A program made the position numbers and the translations under genes. Positions 14,091 through 28,174 of a DNA stretch of 64,000 nt are shown in pieces (position 1 is the first letter of the stretch; each line of letters begins with the position of its first letter). The notes beneath the pieces are model-generated. The model did no database searches, had not been told where the DNA came from, and saw only the letters and a list, made by a program, of their open reading frames with translations. The stretch is from Chrysomallon squamiferum (Eukaryota; Animalia; Mollusca), in the NCBI GenBank assembly GCA_012295275.1, contig CM022673.1:28644001-28708000 (forward strand), read 5' to 3'.

Positions 14091-14842
14091 TAGCATACTA
14101 TACTAAATTATTCATTAATATGGTGTTTTTCATATCTTACATATCTAAAAATTAAAAATTATAATAACTACACAAAAAATAATACATTCTCACAATGTAT
14201 TATTTTATTCATGTATAATAATAATAAAATAACTTATGTATAGAGTATGCAGCAATCAAAACACGCTAAAATGAATATCACAAAGTTTTAGCTTGCCCAG
14301 CTTAGAGTAAAAAGTACACAAACGTATTTAACGAAAATATTCAAAAGAGACTTCAGTTATGAGATAAGCTTGAAAATGTTTAAACGTAGTCAGACATGTT
14401 TATTTTGCAGTGAAGGTGGTGAAACATCAGTTGCTGTTGTAACTGCACGTCTTTCCAGCAGCTCTGTTTGATTGTTTAACCGTGAAGAGACTTCAAAGAA
14501 GACTTATTTATTTAGTCACTGACTACTTTCTCTTACCTGTACTTTATATTGCATTTTTTCATTGCCATTAATACCTTTGTGACCATTTATACAAATAAAC
14601 TCTACCTCATCATCAGTTATATAAATTTTTAACAACACCAGATAGCATCATCATATTGCATATTAACAGATAAACAGTAACATGTAGAACTCTATATAGC
14701 TGTGTAATGTATTAACAGATTCATATGGAATCACAAAAAAAAAGAAGAAAATGTGAACACACAAACTCTACGACGGTGGTTTATACATCAATACGTGAAG
14801 GGCTCTTAAAAATGAACAGGTGTTATTTTAAGCAGTTCAAGC

Positions 14843-14887
<45 letters not shown>

Positions 14888-16468
14888 CACGTTTTCATAA
14901 TCCGAAAAACAATGAACAATACACATAAACCACCTGTCAAATATCTAAGAAATTATCAACCGGAAACAGCCGGTTTAGAATCCGATGCGCATGCTCGTTA
15001 ATCTTGAGGCTTCTGGCTTGGTTCATTTAGGCCGAGTTAAGCTACGTTTTCAGCATTTTGCGCGAAATCCGTCCAACTGTCACTTTGCGTTGCATCACTG
15101 ATAACTTCTAAATGTCAGATCTATCCGAGTTGTTCTTCCAAATGTCAAGAAACATTTCTATTTCAAATTATTAACACTTCATGGGTTGGTGGGTTAGTAC
15201 TGTGTATATATTGTTCTCTTTGGTGGAAATAGTCCTTGATCTACTTCAGTACTTGAATGAGTTAACGAATGGATCAAAGGTTATTTAAAATGAATAATAC
15301 CTTTCATGCCACAGGCTATCAGAGATCTACGACTCTCTATATTAGGTTCTTACTTTTACTGGTATTTTCAGATTATAAGCCTAAACAACGATAGAAATAT
15401 ATATATTAATTTTCAAAATGAGCATTCCCATTGTTTGCTGTAATTCTGAAGTTACAAGGACCAGAGGTTCAAAACTCCTGGGCGATTCATTTTCTATTCC
15501 AGCAGGTTTCCGTGGCGGTTTTTTTTTCAGCTCTACCTTTTTGTTAACAATATTTCAAGGGCCAGGCCACGTAGTAAGGTCAATCCTTTTCAGGACAGCA
15601 ACAGCTTCACAAAGTGATTTTTATGTCATATGTAGAGGTTCGTGTCAAATTGTCGTCAGGTGTTGGACTTAAAATATTTTGTATCTGCAGTACGTATAGA
15701 CCTTTTCATTTTTTCATTCATTAGAGAGTTATTACGGAAATAGGAACGTGATTGAATATTGATATACAGACACACACACACGCACACACGGTTCTACCTC
15801 ACGTGCGAATCAAGACAAGATTTGTTACACATGAAATATTTAACCATCCTTTCATTCATTCATTCACTCAGTTTGAATACCGAAGTTTCAAATTAAATTA
15901 TCAAATTCCAGTTTCCTTTTTTTTCTTCAGTTGGGGCAGAAACCTCAATAAATAAATAAAATAAAATAAAATTTTAAATTAACCTGTATTTAATCTAGGT
16001 ACGCTATCCAGGTAATGAACCGATTTACCGTGCGACACATCGATCAGTACATGCGTTGACGTGTTCGCTGCTAATGACGTTAAACGACTGTGTGCTCATT
16101 AAATTAATTATTAACAAAAGCGAAAGTTCTCGAGAGAGACAGCTCGTGCACTGAAATCCACTAGAAAACGTTCATCAATCTTACAGCAGCGGATTCTAAG
16201 TTTCAGGCGTTTTGAAACTGGGACGTCGAGAATTTAGAGAAAGTGAGCCGTATTTTTTCAAAGTAATATTTAACACGTGTTTTCTCAAAAATGTATTTCG
16301 TATCTATTCAAGGAGTGCTTGTTAGAACGGGAAAGAGTGGATTGATTTTTAGTGTGAATCTTGCAAATCATTCGTGATTCAGACAAATTCTAATCGCTAA
16401 ATAACTGACGAATCAACATTTGGTTGTTTGCGATGACGACAATCATAATGATGACATAAATAAACACT

Positions 16469-16502
<34 letters not shown>

Positions 16503-16701
16503 CAACAACAAAATAACATAACATTATAATAACATAGTTATAATAATAACAACAAAAACAGTAATATAACAGCAACTACAACAAAAGAAAACAACAGTAA
16601 CAATCACAACAACAACAACAACATTACTACATCAGCAAAACAACAAGTACAACAGTAATAATAACAATGATAAAAATAATAACAACAACAACAGCACGAA
16701 G

Positions 16702-16733
<32 letters not shown>

Positions 16734-17437
16734 AGAATAACAAGAACAAGTAGAACAAGAACAAATAAGACAACAGTAATAACAAGGCTCACATTTGGCT
16801 GCCTTTGATGCCAACACTAAAATGTCATGTTATGGTTCATTAACCGACATCTACACTAGAAAAACCTACAGGGTATTGCTTTTGCTGATAGTAAATAACC
16901 GGCCTCTAAGATGCTGCGATTTTATTGCATTTCAATCTAACGGTGCTGTTATGCGTGAGTAATGTTAATCATAGCCAAAATTCTCACCACTTAAAGCACG
17001 TGACATGACTACATACAAGTCCTGTCGTCCATTTTCTTTTTTTTTTTTTTTTTTTCCTCCAGACGATGAGCGGTCCTGATTAATTCAGATGTGCAGTTGA
17101 CACATAAAGATTATTTAATATTGAAAAATACGACAACATGTGAGCCAAAATTTTGCAGTATTAATGCATTTAAGCAACTAATTTTTTTTTACGTTTTTTA
17201 AAATGATTTCTTTTATTATTATTTCGAATGTATACATAGTTTGATATGCACATATTCGTTATGTCAGTCAAATAAACAAACATACGTACGTACATACCAA
17301 ATGCATACACACATGCATATATACATACATATATACACACCTAAATACCTAGTTACCTATCCACCTACACTCATACACACACATACACACACATACACAT
17401 ATATATGTATGTATGTATGTATGTGTGTGTGTATCTA

Positions 17438-17483
<46 letters not shown>

Positions 17484-17535
17484 ATTTTAAAGTAGTGTAA
17501 AATGCTAGTTTCTAATCAGAACATTAAATCATAAC

Positions 17536-17607
<72 letters not shown>

Positions 17608-17910
17608 TTATGAAGACAAAGAATTTGGGTATGCTTAACCAATTATTTTAAAATATACACGAGCAGAGATGCATAAATAGTCTAAATATATTCTGCATAT
17701 TTCTCTTCCTTTTTTTAAACACCCCCCTTCCCCCACATACATTTTTTAATCTTTTTTTTTTTTTTTTTTTTTTTGTCATATCTTAATGAAGCTAACACCT
17801 TTCTTCTTCTTCTTCTTCTTCTTCTTCTTTTTGTCATATCTTAATAATGACTTAAACACCAAAAGAAAACAGTTTAAAAATATCTCGGCAGCACCATGAT
17901 TCTGTAGCAG

Positions 17911-17993
17911 TGACGTCATTGCGTGCGAACGAACTGATTGGTTGTAAAGTTCGTTCTAGCTGTCACGCTGTTTGCTCATGAATAAAATGGCGG
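17911..17993 (+). promoter_or_regulatory. Promoter-like motif cluster: CRE, CCAAT box, YY1-type AAAATGGCGG
   Basis: TGACGTCA 17911-17918, CTGATTGG 17934-17941 and AAAATGGCGG 17984-17993 fall within 83 bp. Confidence 0.35.
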
Positions 17994-19048
17994 AGTTGAA
18001 ACATTTTGTAAACGATACTTTGTTTATCTTACTGTCATACTTTGTTGTGAGCAACTGTAAATCGGCCGAAACAATAAAATGACAATTTGAAGGGACAAAG
18101 ATGTTGTTAGATCATTTACTGGTAGAGTAACAGTTCCACGATACTTGTGATACGAAGATATATTTTTGTATCTTGCCTCAAAACGGCAGAACCTCCAAAC
18201 TCTGATCTACAGATAGTGTTTTGTTTCTAAGCAAGAAAATTTATTTGATAGACTTACAGCACTTTCTGATAAGAACTAACCAACGAAGCTAGGAAAGCTA
18301 CATTTTTATTAGTTTTTTTTTTTTTTTCTAATGTAAACAAGCACCAAGATACACAACGTTTCCAGTTCCTTTAATAATCTCTAATTTATTAGGTACTGAA
18401 TGGGTGCGGCTATAAATCAAAGGAAACTAATTTTATCTTCCGCCCTTTTGTAAATTTTCTAGGTCTTCTCTAATCGTGATTAAAAAAACAAAAAAAAAAA
18501 AAAATTTAAATTGCAGTTCCTAATATTTATGAGTGCAGTAAGTGGTGCATAAAATAAATGAATTTAAGAGTTTAATATTAAAATGAATGTTTTTTATTCC
18601 AGTTTTTTTTTTTTTTTTTTTTTTTTCTTTTTTCTTGCTCTCGATCTCTCTAGATGACAAACAGCCACAAGTAATTCCAACGTTTATGTGACATATAAAT
18701 TTATTTTCTAAAATTAAAAAAATGATAATAATACTGCAAAAAGAGATTGGTACGCAGAATTGTAGAAAATGTAACAATTTTAATTACAGAGCGTACAAGA
18801 AATTAAGACGAAGTGTTAAATTAAGGAAAGTACTAAATTCTGAATTCGGTTAATACATTAGCTATGTGTAAGCTCTGTGTCGTTTGTATAAACGTTTGAA
18901 GTATTGCCTATATATAATGTATAAAAATGTGAAGCTAGAGATCAATAATATGAAATAGTAAAATAAGTTATATGTAAATTTAATAAAACAGTTATAACAG
19001 GGGAGACCTCTTGCAGAAACGTATAGATAACGTAATATACCTTAATAA

Positions 19049-19049
<1 letters not shown>

Positions 19050-19128
<79 letters not shown>
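19050..19128. repeat. (TG)n microsatellite
   Basis: Direct reading. Confidence 0.95.
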
Positions 19129-19129
<1 letters not shown>

Positions 19130-19766
19130 AAATGAATGAATTAAACTGTGTTTTAAAAGACTGGACACAAATAATGAAATGTTAACTGAATGAATTGAAG
19201 ATCTGTGTAGGATAGCTGAATACAAAAAGTAGTTTCAGTGCATGGATTCACGTGAGACGCTCGTGTAAGTGAACGCTTTCTGCTGCATGAATGAATCTAG
19301 CTCAGTCTGTGTTGAATGAATCCTGCACTCCGTGATATGTAAGAGAAAAAAGCTGTGTGTTGAAAACAATGCAAGAAATTCTGTTGAACGAACAAATGAA
19401 TTTTGTTTTCGCGGTGCAAAATGTTTTCTCAGTTAAGAGTTATTTGGCATTGAGCTCTTTAGGTTTTTCTGTTGTTGTTTTTTTGGAGTTAACGAAACCA
19501 TTTTCTTTCCACTTTAATTGTTTCTCTAACACACTATCAGTCAACCAGTTGACATACAGATTCTTATAAAATCTTTTGTAAGCATCGTTTCGCAGACTTG
19601 AAAATGAATCACTGAAGATAAAATATACAAAGAAATAATCACTGCAATGGATAAAGGATATTTAGAAAACAGTCTTTAGACAAAACTTAACTTAGTGTCA
19701 GCTCGTATGTAATAAAATAAGTAATTTCGAATTAAAATTATAAATATGTATGTGTTTGTTTAACCT

Positions 19767-19862
<96 letters not shown>

Positions 19863-20415
19863 ACATATATATATATATTTATATTGTTATAGTTATCTCT
19901 CTCTCTTTTCTTCGCTTTTCCTCGCCATTCTTCTTCTTCTTCTTCTTTTTTTTCTGTTCTATGGTTGTTGACATAATTTATTATTTTATTTATTTTTAGA
20001 AACTATTTCTGCTTAATATAGTTACTGCATTCCACCCACAACAACATCATTCAGCACGTGTTTGTGTTTTTCTACGTAAACAAGTCGCTGGCTAAATAAA
20101 ACTCGAATGGTGATGCTGTTACCGAAGCGTCAAGTACAGCAATAACGTTGTCTGGAACGTAGCAGTCGTCCTAAGTGTTTTCAGATTACTGAGAATGAGA
20201 AACTGGTTTTGTTCAAGAATAACTTGTTGCCTAATTGCAATGCGTGGGCACGCGACCAGGAATTCAGTGCAGCAGTAGCCACTGATAAATCTACAGACAT
20301 TTCTAATACACGTTTCGCTAACGACGAGAATAAAAAATAATGCTTGTCATAGCAACCAGAGTTAGTAACTTAATTAGTCCAGTTGAAGGAAATACAAAGA
20401 ACATTTGATTTTTTT

Positions 20416-20554
<139 letters not shown>

Positions 20555-21613
20555 TGAAAAAAACTATAAAAATATAAACAAAAACAAATATGCATTGGAA
20601 TAATTTAAAAAGAAAGGAATATTTCTTAACAGAAATTTCAGAGGCAAAAGATTTGTGAGAACGTGAAGAATTTTCTCGAAAGAATCGAACATTCTGACTT
20701 TTGCTGTTTTATCAGACAATGGGTCAGTAGTTAGTTAAACCGCTGAACCGAAGTTTGATAGGTCACGCAGTTAATCATCTGTAGTATCTACACTTCAATA
20801 AGAACTGGCTATGTTTCCATTCCATTCAGTTCATCGTAGCTTCGTTATCAGTAGCCATTGTTTGTTTCTTGGCGTATTTTTTCTTTTTCTTTTTCTTTAA
20901 TTTTTCTTTATTTATTTAATTTGTTTTGTTTTTTTCATCGTTTTTGTTAATCGTTTAAAATATTTCTTGCTGAGTCGGCAAAGAGTTTTCTTTTTTTATA
21001 TATATTAACTCCGTAGTTATGATTAAATACTTTGAATTCTTTACCCCAAAATAAATAAGTACATAAATAATGCTGAGCTAAAACATTCTTTGTAATCACA
21101 GCTGCACAGCAAAGAATTTTGAAACGAGTATAAAAAAAATCCTAGTAAAAGATAGTTTGTAAACTGAATTATCTGCCCTTGTTACAACGCATTTTCTACT
21201 CTTTGTCTGTATCTTAGCAACAGCCTCGATAGTCTAAGCTCTAGTTTAACAAAGTCTCGACATATTGTGCGACATTTAATTGAAATAATGTGAAGATAAT
21301 TGACTCGTTTTCTTCATCAACGTCTTCTTCGGCATCATTATCAGCATAGCAGGAGACGGCATTCAGTGTTTAGACGTTCTGGTTAAAAAGCACGGTAGAG
21401 ACTCCGCTTAAACCTTGTTAAACTGTTTTGCATGAACGTGTCATATTACACTTAGACAGGATTGCTGACGTGAACGTTGTGCAGGAATATAATTACGTTT
21501 TACTACAGTTTTACTACAGTTCATAATATCTCGATTACTATTCGTAGCATTTCATTTGTAAATGAATATTTATATTAGATGTTAATGATACATTCAACTT
21601 AGTCTTAGAGAGA

Positions 21614-21668
<55 letters not shown>

Positions 21669-22026
21669 AATATAATAAAAATTAATTTGAATGTTCATAT
21701 TTTGAAATATACTACATACTATACATATAGCATTTCATCGCTGTCTAGAATATAAATGTAAATATTTCCTTATTGCTATAAATAGTGATTCACTTTCGCC
21801 TTCAAACTAACCATAACAGAATTATAACAGGTACTTAGTTAACGCCGATTAAATGATAGCAGATGCCAGGCATCGTGTTTATCGCCTAATTTATGATGTT
21901 GTTTTTACTTACATCGACATTAAACCAGTAAGCTAATAGTTCGTAACTTATCAGTGCAGAGAGGTCACACTGCTGTTACAGAAATGATACTAAAAGTTTA
22001 ATACTAATAGCGAAAGAGATATATGG

Positions 22027-22149
<123 letters not shown>

Positions 22150-23212
22150 AAAAAAGGATGTTCCGCTTTATGTCCGAATGAGGGTTTGAACATTTATCTG
22201 TAAAGTCGTTAATTTTTTAATTATTTTATTTTATTTGTATTTCTTCTTCTTCTTCTTCTTTAAAGGCAGCTTAAAGATTTTTTTAAAATAGGTGGTTGGC
22301 ATAATTTCGATAACCGTGAACCTGAAATAAAACACTGGTCGGAAAAACTAGAAAAAAAAAGCCTGTTAAAATCATTTATTCCATCCTAAATTCACGTATA
22401 ATCTGTTCTGGTTTTTATGCACTCAAGTATAAAACGCTCTTATATTACACACTCTAAAAAAATATATATATCATTCGTTTCGGTTTATACCCCCCTGGAC
22501 TATAAAAATTTCTGCTGTACACGTGCTGGCATATATCTAAGCTAACTGATTTAGAACGGTATTTTAATTTCCAGCAGATAAAGATAGTAAAAGTTATTCG
22601 TAACTGTCCACATGTTTTACATCAGTTTTTAACTCACCAAACCGCTTAACGGTTTTATCACTTTAACAGGAGCTCCATTCTGTGAGGAAAGCGAGTTAAC
22701 GGGAATACCACTGAGTTGAAAGGTGTTTGGCATTTACAGTGTTACAGGAATTTTTATTGGTATTTTGTTGTTACTACTTACGTATAGCGAACTGGTCGTT
22801 GCGTGCTTGTAGGTAATCAGTTTAAAATAATCTTACAGTTATGAGAGTTTTTATTAACATTTTTTTTTAATTTACTCTGGGTTTATTTATTTATTTATTC
22901 ATTTGCTATCTTATTTTATTTGTTTGATTTTTTTAATTTTTTTTTTATTTATGTGTTTATTTATTTATTCATTCATTTATTTTTTTTTATTATTTTATTT
23001 TTTTTAATTTTATTTATATTTATTAGTTAACTTGTTTTATTATTATTAACACAATATATAGTATCGTTTTATTAGTACTCCACGGCACCTATGAAATTTT
23101 GCAGTCCAATCTGTCTGATATTTACTAACACAAAATGATGTATTGACCGTAAAACACGAGCGATCAATTCTTAATTACGAGACACCCATCCTTGAAAGAG
23201 GCCTGGAACCGC

Positions 23213-23265
<53 letters not shown>

Positions 23266-23639
23266 CATATATATGGTAGTTATAATTATACACATGATGG
23301 TTTTAGCAGAGTACATGATACAGCCATATTTGTTTTGAAAGCTAACAAGTGAAGAAAGGCGTAATCTAAACATTTCAGCGAAAGAAAAACTAAACGAATA
23401 TGTTCTTTGCAATCCATTACGTTCTCTTTAACAAATGACTAGCTGTTGTCAATATTGTATAAAGAAACCCACTGAATGTATTTGCAGTACAAGAGCTTTG
23501 GTAAAAATAAATTTTTGTTTTAGTCATTGCCCTTGATGGTAGGCAGTATTCCAAAATGTCGTCACCAAATAACAACAAAAACGATAGTCCCAAGGACAAC
23601 AACAATAACAATAACAAAACAACAAAAACAATAATAGTG

Positions 23640-23687
<48 letters not shown>

Positions 23688-23908
23688 GCAATGATAATAA
23701 TACTATGTCTGTTGCTACTACTATTACAATTATAATTACTACAACCACTACTACGACTTCTACTGTTACAGTAATGATAATTATAAGTTATCTTTCCGTG
23801 TTATAGAATATTTTATTCTGTCTTTATTTCATAAACTGAGCCGTTTTATGGACTTTATCAGAAAAGTCTGGCCACAGTCACACATAATCCTACTTGTCAC
23901 AGAGAGGG

Positions 23909-24460
23909 AGTTATCCTACTTCCTGGGTACAGTTATCCTACTTCCTGGTTACAGTTATCCTACTCCCTGGTTACAGTTACCCTACTCCCTGGTTACAGTT
24001 ATCCTACTCCCTGGTTACACTTATCCTATTCCCTGGTTACAGTTACCCTTCTCCCTGGTTACAGTTATCCTACTCCCTGGTTACAATTATCCTTCTCCCT
24101 GGTTACAGTTATCCTACTTCCTGGTTACAGTTACCCTTCTCCCTGGTTACAGTTATCCTACTCCCTGGTTACAGTTATCCTTCTCCCTGGTTACAGTTAT
24201 CCTTCTCCCTGGTTACAGTTATCCTTCTCCCTGGTTACAGTTACCCTTCTCCCTGGTTACAGTTATCCTACTCCCTGGTTACAGTTACCCTTCTCCCTGG
24301 TTACAGTTATCCTACTCCCTGGTTACAGTTATCCTACTCCCTGGTTACACTTATCCTACTCCCTGGTTACAGTTATCCTACTCCTTGGTTACATTTATCC
24401 TACTCCCTGGCTACAGTTATCCTACGCCCTGGTTACAGTTATCCTACGCCCTGGTTACAG
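23909..24460. repeat. 22-bp minisatellite, consensus CTGGTTACAGTTATCCTACTCC, ~25 copies
   Basis: Direct reading. The ORFs spanning it show a 22-aa periodicity from cycling through the three frames. Confidence 0.95.
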
Positions 24461-24860
24461 ATCTTTTCACCAGACGTTTAGGCTGTTAGCATTTTAGACA
24501 CCAACAAATAGTGTTTAATGCATTCAGAGCTGTTTTGATCTGTCCTCTGATGAAGACAAATATCGGTAAATGTTCTTAGCGGACCTGAAAGAGAGCAGCT
24601 TATTCCAACATCGACGACGAAAAAAGCGGCTGGAAGATTAATTCCTGATCACGTTAGAGAGATGATTGATGTTGTGTGATGCAGAGGAGTTCAGGTTTTT
24701 AACACTAAACTTTGTTGATTATTACATTACGTTTTCTCTCTTGGCATGGGTAACAATCAGTTTGTTTTAAGAACGTACTGAATCTTCTTTCGCTCTGAAA
24801 ACTAGACACTGTGTAATCCAGAGCATTTGATAAATGTTGATTCTAGTGTTGGTACTGCAT

Positions 24861-24955
<95 letters not shown>

Positions 24956-25499
24956 AATACTACTGCAAAGCAACAGTTATTACTACTACTACTAATAATA
25001 ATAAGAATAAGAAGACGAAGAAGAAGAAAAAGAAAGAAAAAGAAGAAGAATACAAAGCTAATATTGCTACCACTATTATTTATTACTTTACTTTTGTTGT
25101 TGATGTAAGAACATTATTATCAACATTATTATTATTGTTGTTGTTGTTGTTGTTGTTGTTATTGTTGTTGTTGGTATTTTGTTGTTGGTGTTAACGGTAC
25201 CTTCATGTGCTTCAGCAGTGAATGTGCTTCAACAGTGTAGGTCTAAACTGAAATTAGCTTTGTTAACGTTGTACTGTAAAGATAACGATATTCAGGTTTA
25301 ACACACGAGACTGCTGCTTTTGACTTTTCATTAAAAGTCTTCACTTGTTGATATACGTTTTACATAAACAGGGAAACACCTGTTGTTGAAGTATTTAGAC
25401 GTAGCATTGATAGTCAATGATTAAACGTTTATCTTTAATCAACTTTGTCTAAGCAATCACACACGGAATGTGGTTACGTGAGGTTTTGCAGCTAGCCCG

Positions 25500-25500
<1 letters not shown>

Positions 25501-25535
<35 letters not shown>

Positions 25536-25959
25536 TACACAAACACACACACAAATATATACACACACACATACACACACACAAACACACAAATACATAC
25601 AAACACACACATACACACACACAAACACACACACACATACACACTCACACAAACACATACACACAAATATACACACACATACACACACACAAACACACAC
25701 ACAAATATATACACACACAAATACACACAAACACACACATACACACACAAATATATACACACACATACACACAAACACACACACACAAATATATACACAC
25801 ACATACACACACACAAATATATACACACACACATACACACAAACACACAAATACACGAACACATACACACACACAAATACACACACAAACACACAAATAC
25901 ACGCACACATACACACACAAATACACACACATATACACACACACACATGCACATACACA

Positions 25960-26012
<53 letters not shown>
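25501..26012. repeat. Long degenerate CA-rich repeat ending in (TA)n
   Basis: Direct reading. Confidence 0.9.
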
Positions 26013-26016
<4 letters not shown>

Positions 26017-26190
26017 ACACGCAGGTATATATAGATTATAGACATATATAAAGACAACGATACACGAACACACACACACATATATAGACATACCAAAATA
26101 TATAAACAAATACAAATATATTCGAACACACACACACAAACGCACACACTTATATGGGTGTATATGTGTTTATGTGTATGTTCACACGCA

Positions 26191-26223
<33 letters not shown>

Positions 26224-26946
26224 GCACACGTACAGACACATGACTACAAACTGACAGAAACACTATATATTTCTCTATGTATCTATCTATCTCTCTCTCC
26301 ATTTCTTTATCTAACCATTTGTCTTTATTATCTCTTGAAGCTGTTCATATATCTAACTGGAACGACTGAAACTTTTGGATTTATATAGCATAAACTAGAT
26401 TATAACACAAGATTATTATTTTTTTTTACAAAGTCAATGCATGGTTGACAGTTTTTTAATATCTGAAGTAATCGAGCAGTTCATGTTTTCAGAAAACAAT
26501 ACTGTTGCTATTTTCAACATCTCCGTTAATAACAGCTGAATGATCAAATTGGGATTACATCTGTTTTTTGTTGTTTTTTTTATTGTTTTTTTTATTGTTT
26601 TTTTTTTCAGCTAAGATTTCAGGTTTTAACAGTGTTTCTATCACTGTGTGTTGAGTAAACTAATGGATAATGAATACATTTATTAATAAAGTGAGTTAAA
26701 GGTCACTCATCAGACTCCGATGACCGATTCTCACCCAGAGGTTGTTGATTTTTTTTTTACTCCTTCTTACAAGCAAGAAAGCAGATGACTGTAGTCTTTG
26801 ATAAAAATAGTCGTGATTCATTATTAAAAAAAACAACCGATAAACAGAGAAATGTCACACACTAAAGCTGATTAAAACGTGTTAGGATTAATTAGAGAAG
26901 ATAATTGTTACATCGTCTTTCAACATTTTCTATTTGCTCTAGGTAC

Positions 26947-27340
26947 TATACGTTATTATAGTAGGTGACGTCATCATAGTAGTATACGTTATTCTAGTAG
27001 GTGACGTCATCATATAATATACGTTATTCTAGTAGGTGACGTCATCATAGTAGTTAGTATATATTATTCTAGTAGGTGACGTCATCATAGTAGTATACGT
27101 TATTCTCGTAGGTGACGTCATCATAGTAGTATACATTATTCTAGTAGGTGACGTCATCCTAGTAGTGACGTTATCCTAGTAGAATACCTCATTCTAGTAA
27201 GTGACGTCATCCTAGTGGGAGACGTTATCCTAGTAGAATATGTTATCCTAGTGGAATACATTATTCTAATAGGTTATGTTATCCTAGTAGGTTACGTTAT
27301 TCTAGTAGGTTACGTTATCCAAGTCGGTGATGGTATTCTA
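26947..27340. repeat. 18/36-bp higher-order minisatellite (GTAGGTGACGTCATCATA + GTAGTATACGTTATTCTA) with seven TGACGTCA palindromes
   Basis: TGACGTCA starts at 26966, 27002, 27037, 27077, 27113, 27149 and 27202. The array decays to 18-bp monomers at its 3' end. Confidence 0.9.
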
Positions 27341-27519
27341 GAACCTCCAGCTGTAAATCTATGGTTTAATGGTTACATTATCAAGAGCTGTTATTGGCAA
27401 AAGCTAATTTAAACGTAACATTCTTTTTTTCACTGTTAATGCTGAGTTAATGCACAATTTACTTCAGGTAGTGACTCGATATCAAAGAAAAAAGTTGTGC
27501 ATGATTCAATTTGATCAGC

Positions 27520-27626
<107 letters not shown>

Positions 27627-28137
27627 CCCTCTCTCTGTATATACAATATATATAATGTATATATATTTCTGTGCATGTATGTGTGTGTATATATATATGT
27701 ATGTATGTATGTATCTATGTGTATGTACGTATATATGTGTATATGATATGTACGTCTATATGTATGTTCTTATGTATGTAATTATAGACATGTAATTATT
27801 GTTATATGAAAAAAGTTACAAGACAATCAAAATAAATAACAAGCTTTATATTTTGTATTGAGACATCACATATGATACTGTTTGTTCACAGCATCATCCT
27901 TTGAGTCTTTGTTCTTGGTCAGAAGAAAACGTCTGGTGTCTGACTCTGAATACAAATCTCCAGTGTCGACACGCCTGTCTGGTTTAGATTTGATTCTTTA
28001 TCTGACGTGCAGCTTCCAATTTGAGTTGAAACAAAATTCTCAAAGTTATCGATTTGAAACAGGAGAAAAGCGTTAAATTCTTTCGCGAACTGAGAAGTGA
28101 AAATATAGGCTCTTCACTTTGTGCTAATATTTATTTA

Positions 28138-28174
<37 letters not shown>

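Noticed and set aside
23909-27340. Minisatellites as possible CRISPR arrays
   Set aside because: Units are head-to-tail with no unique spacers, the context is eukaryotic, and there are no cas genes.
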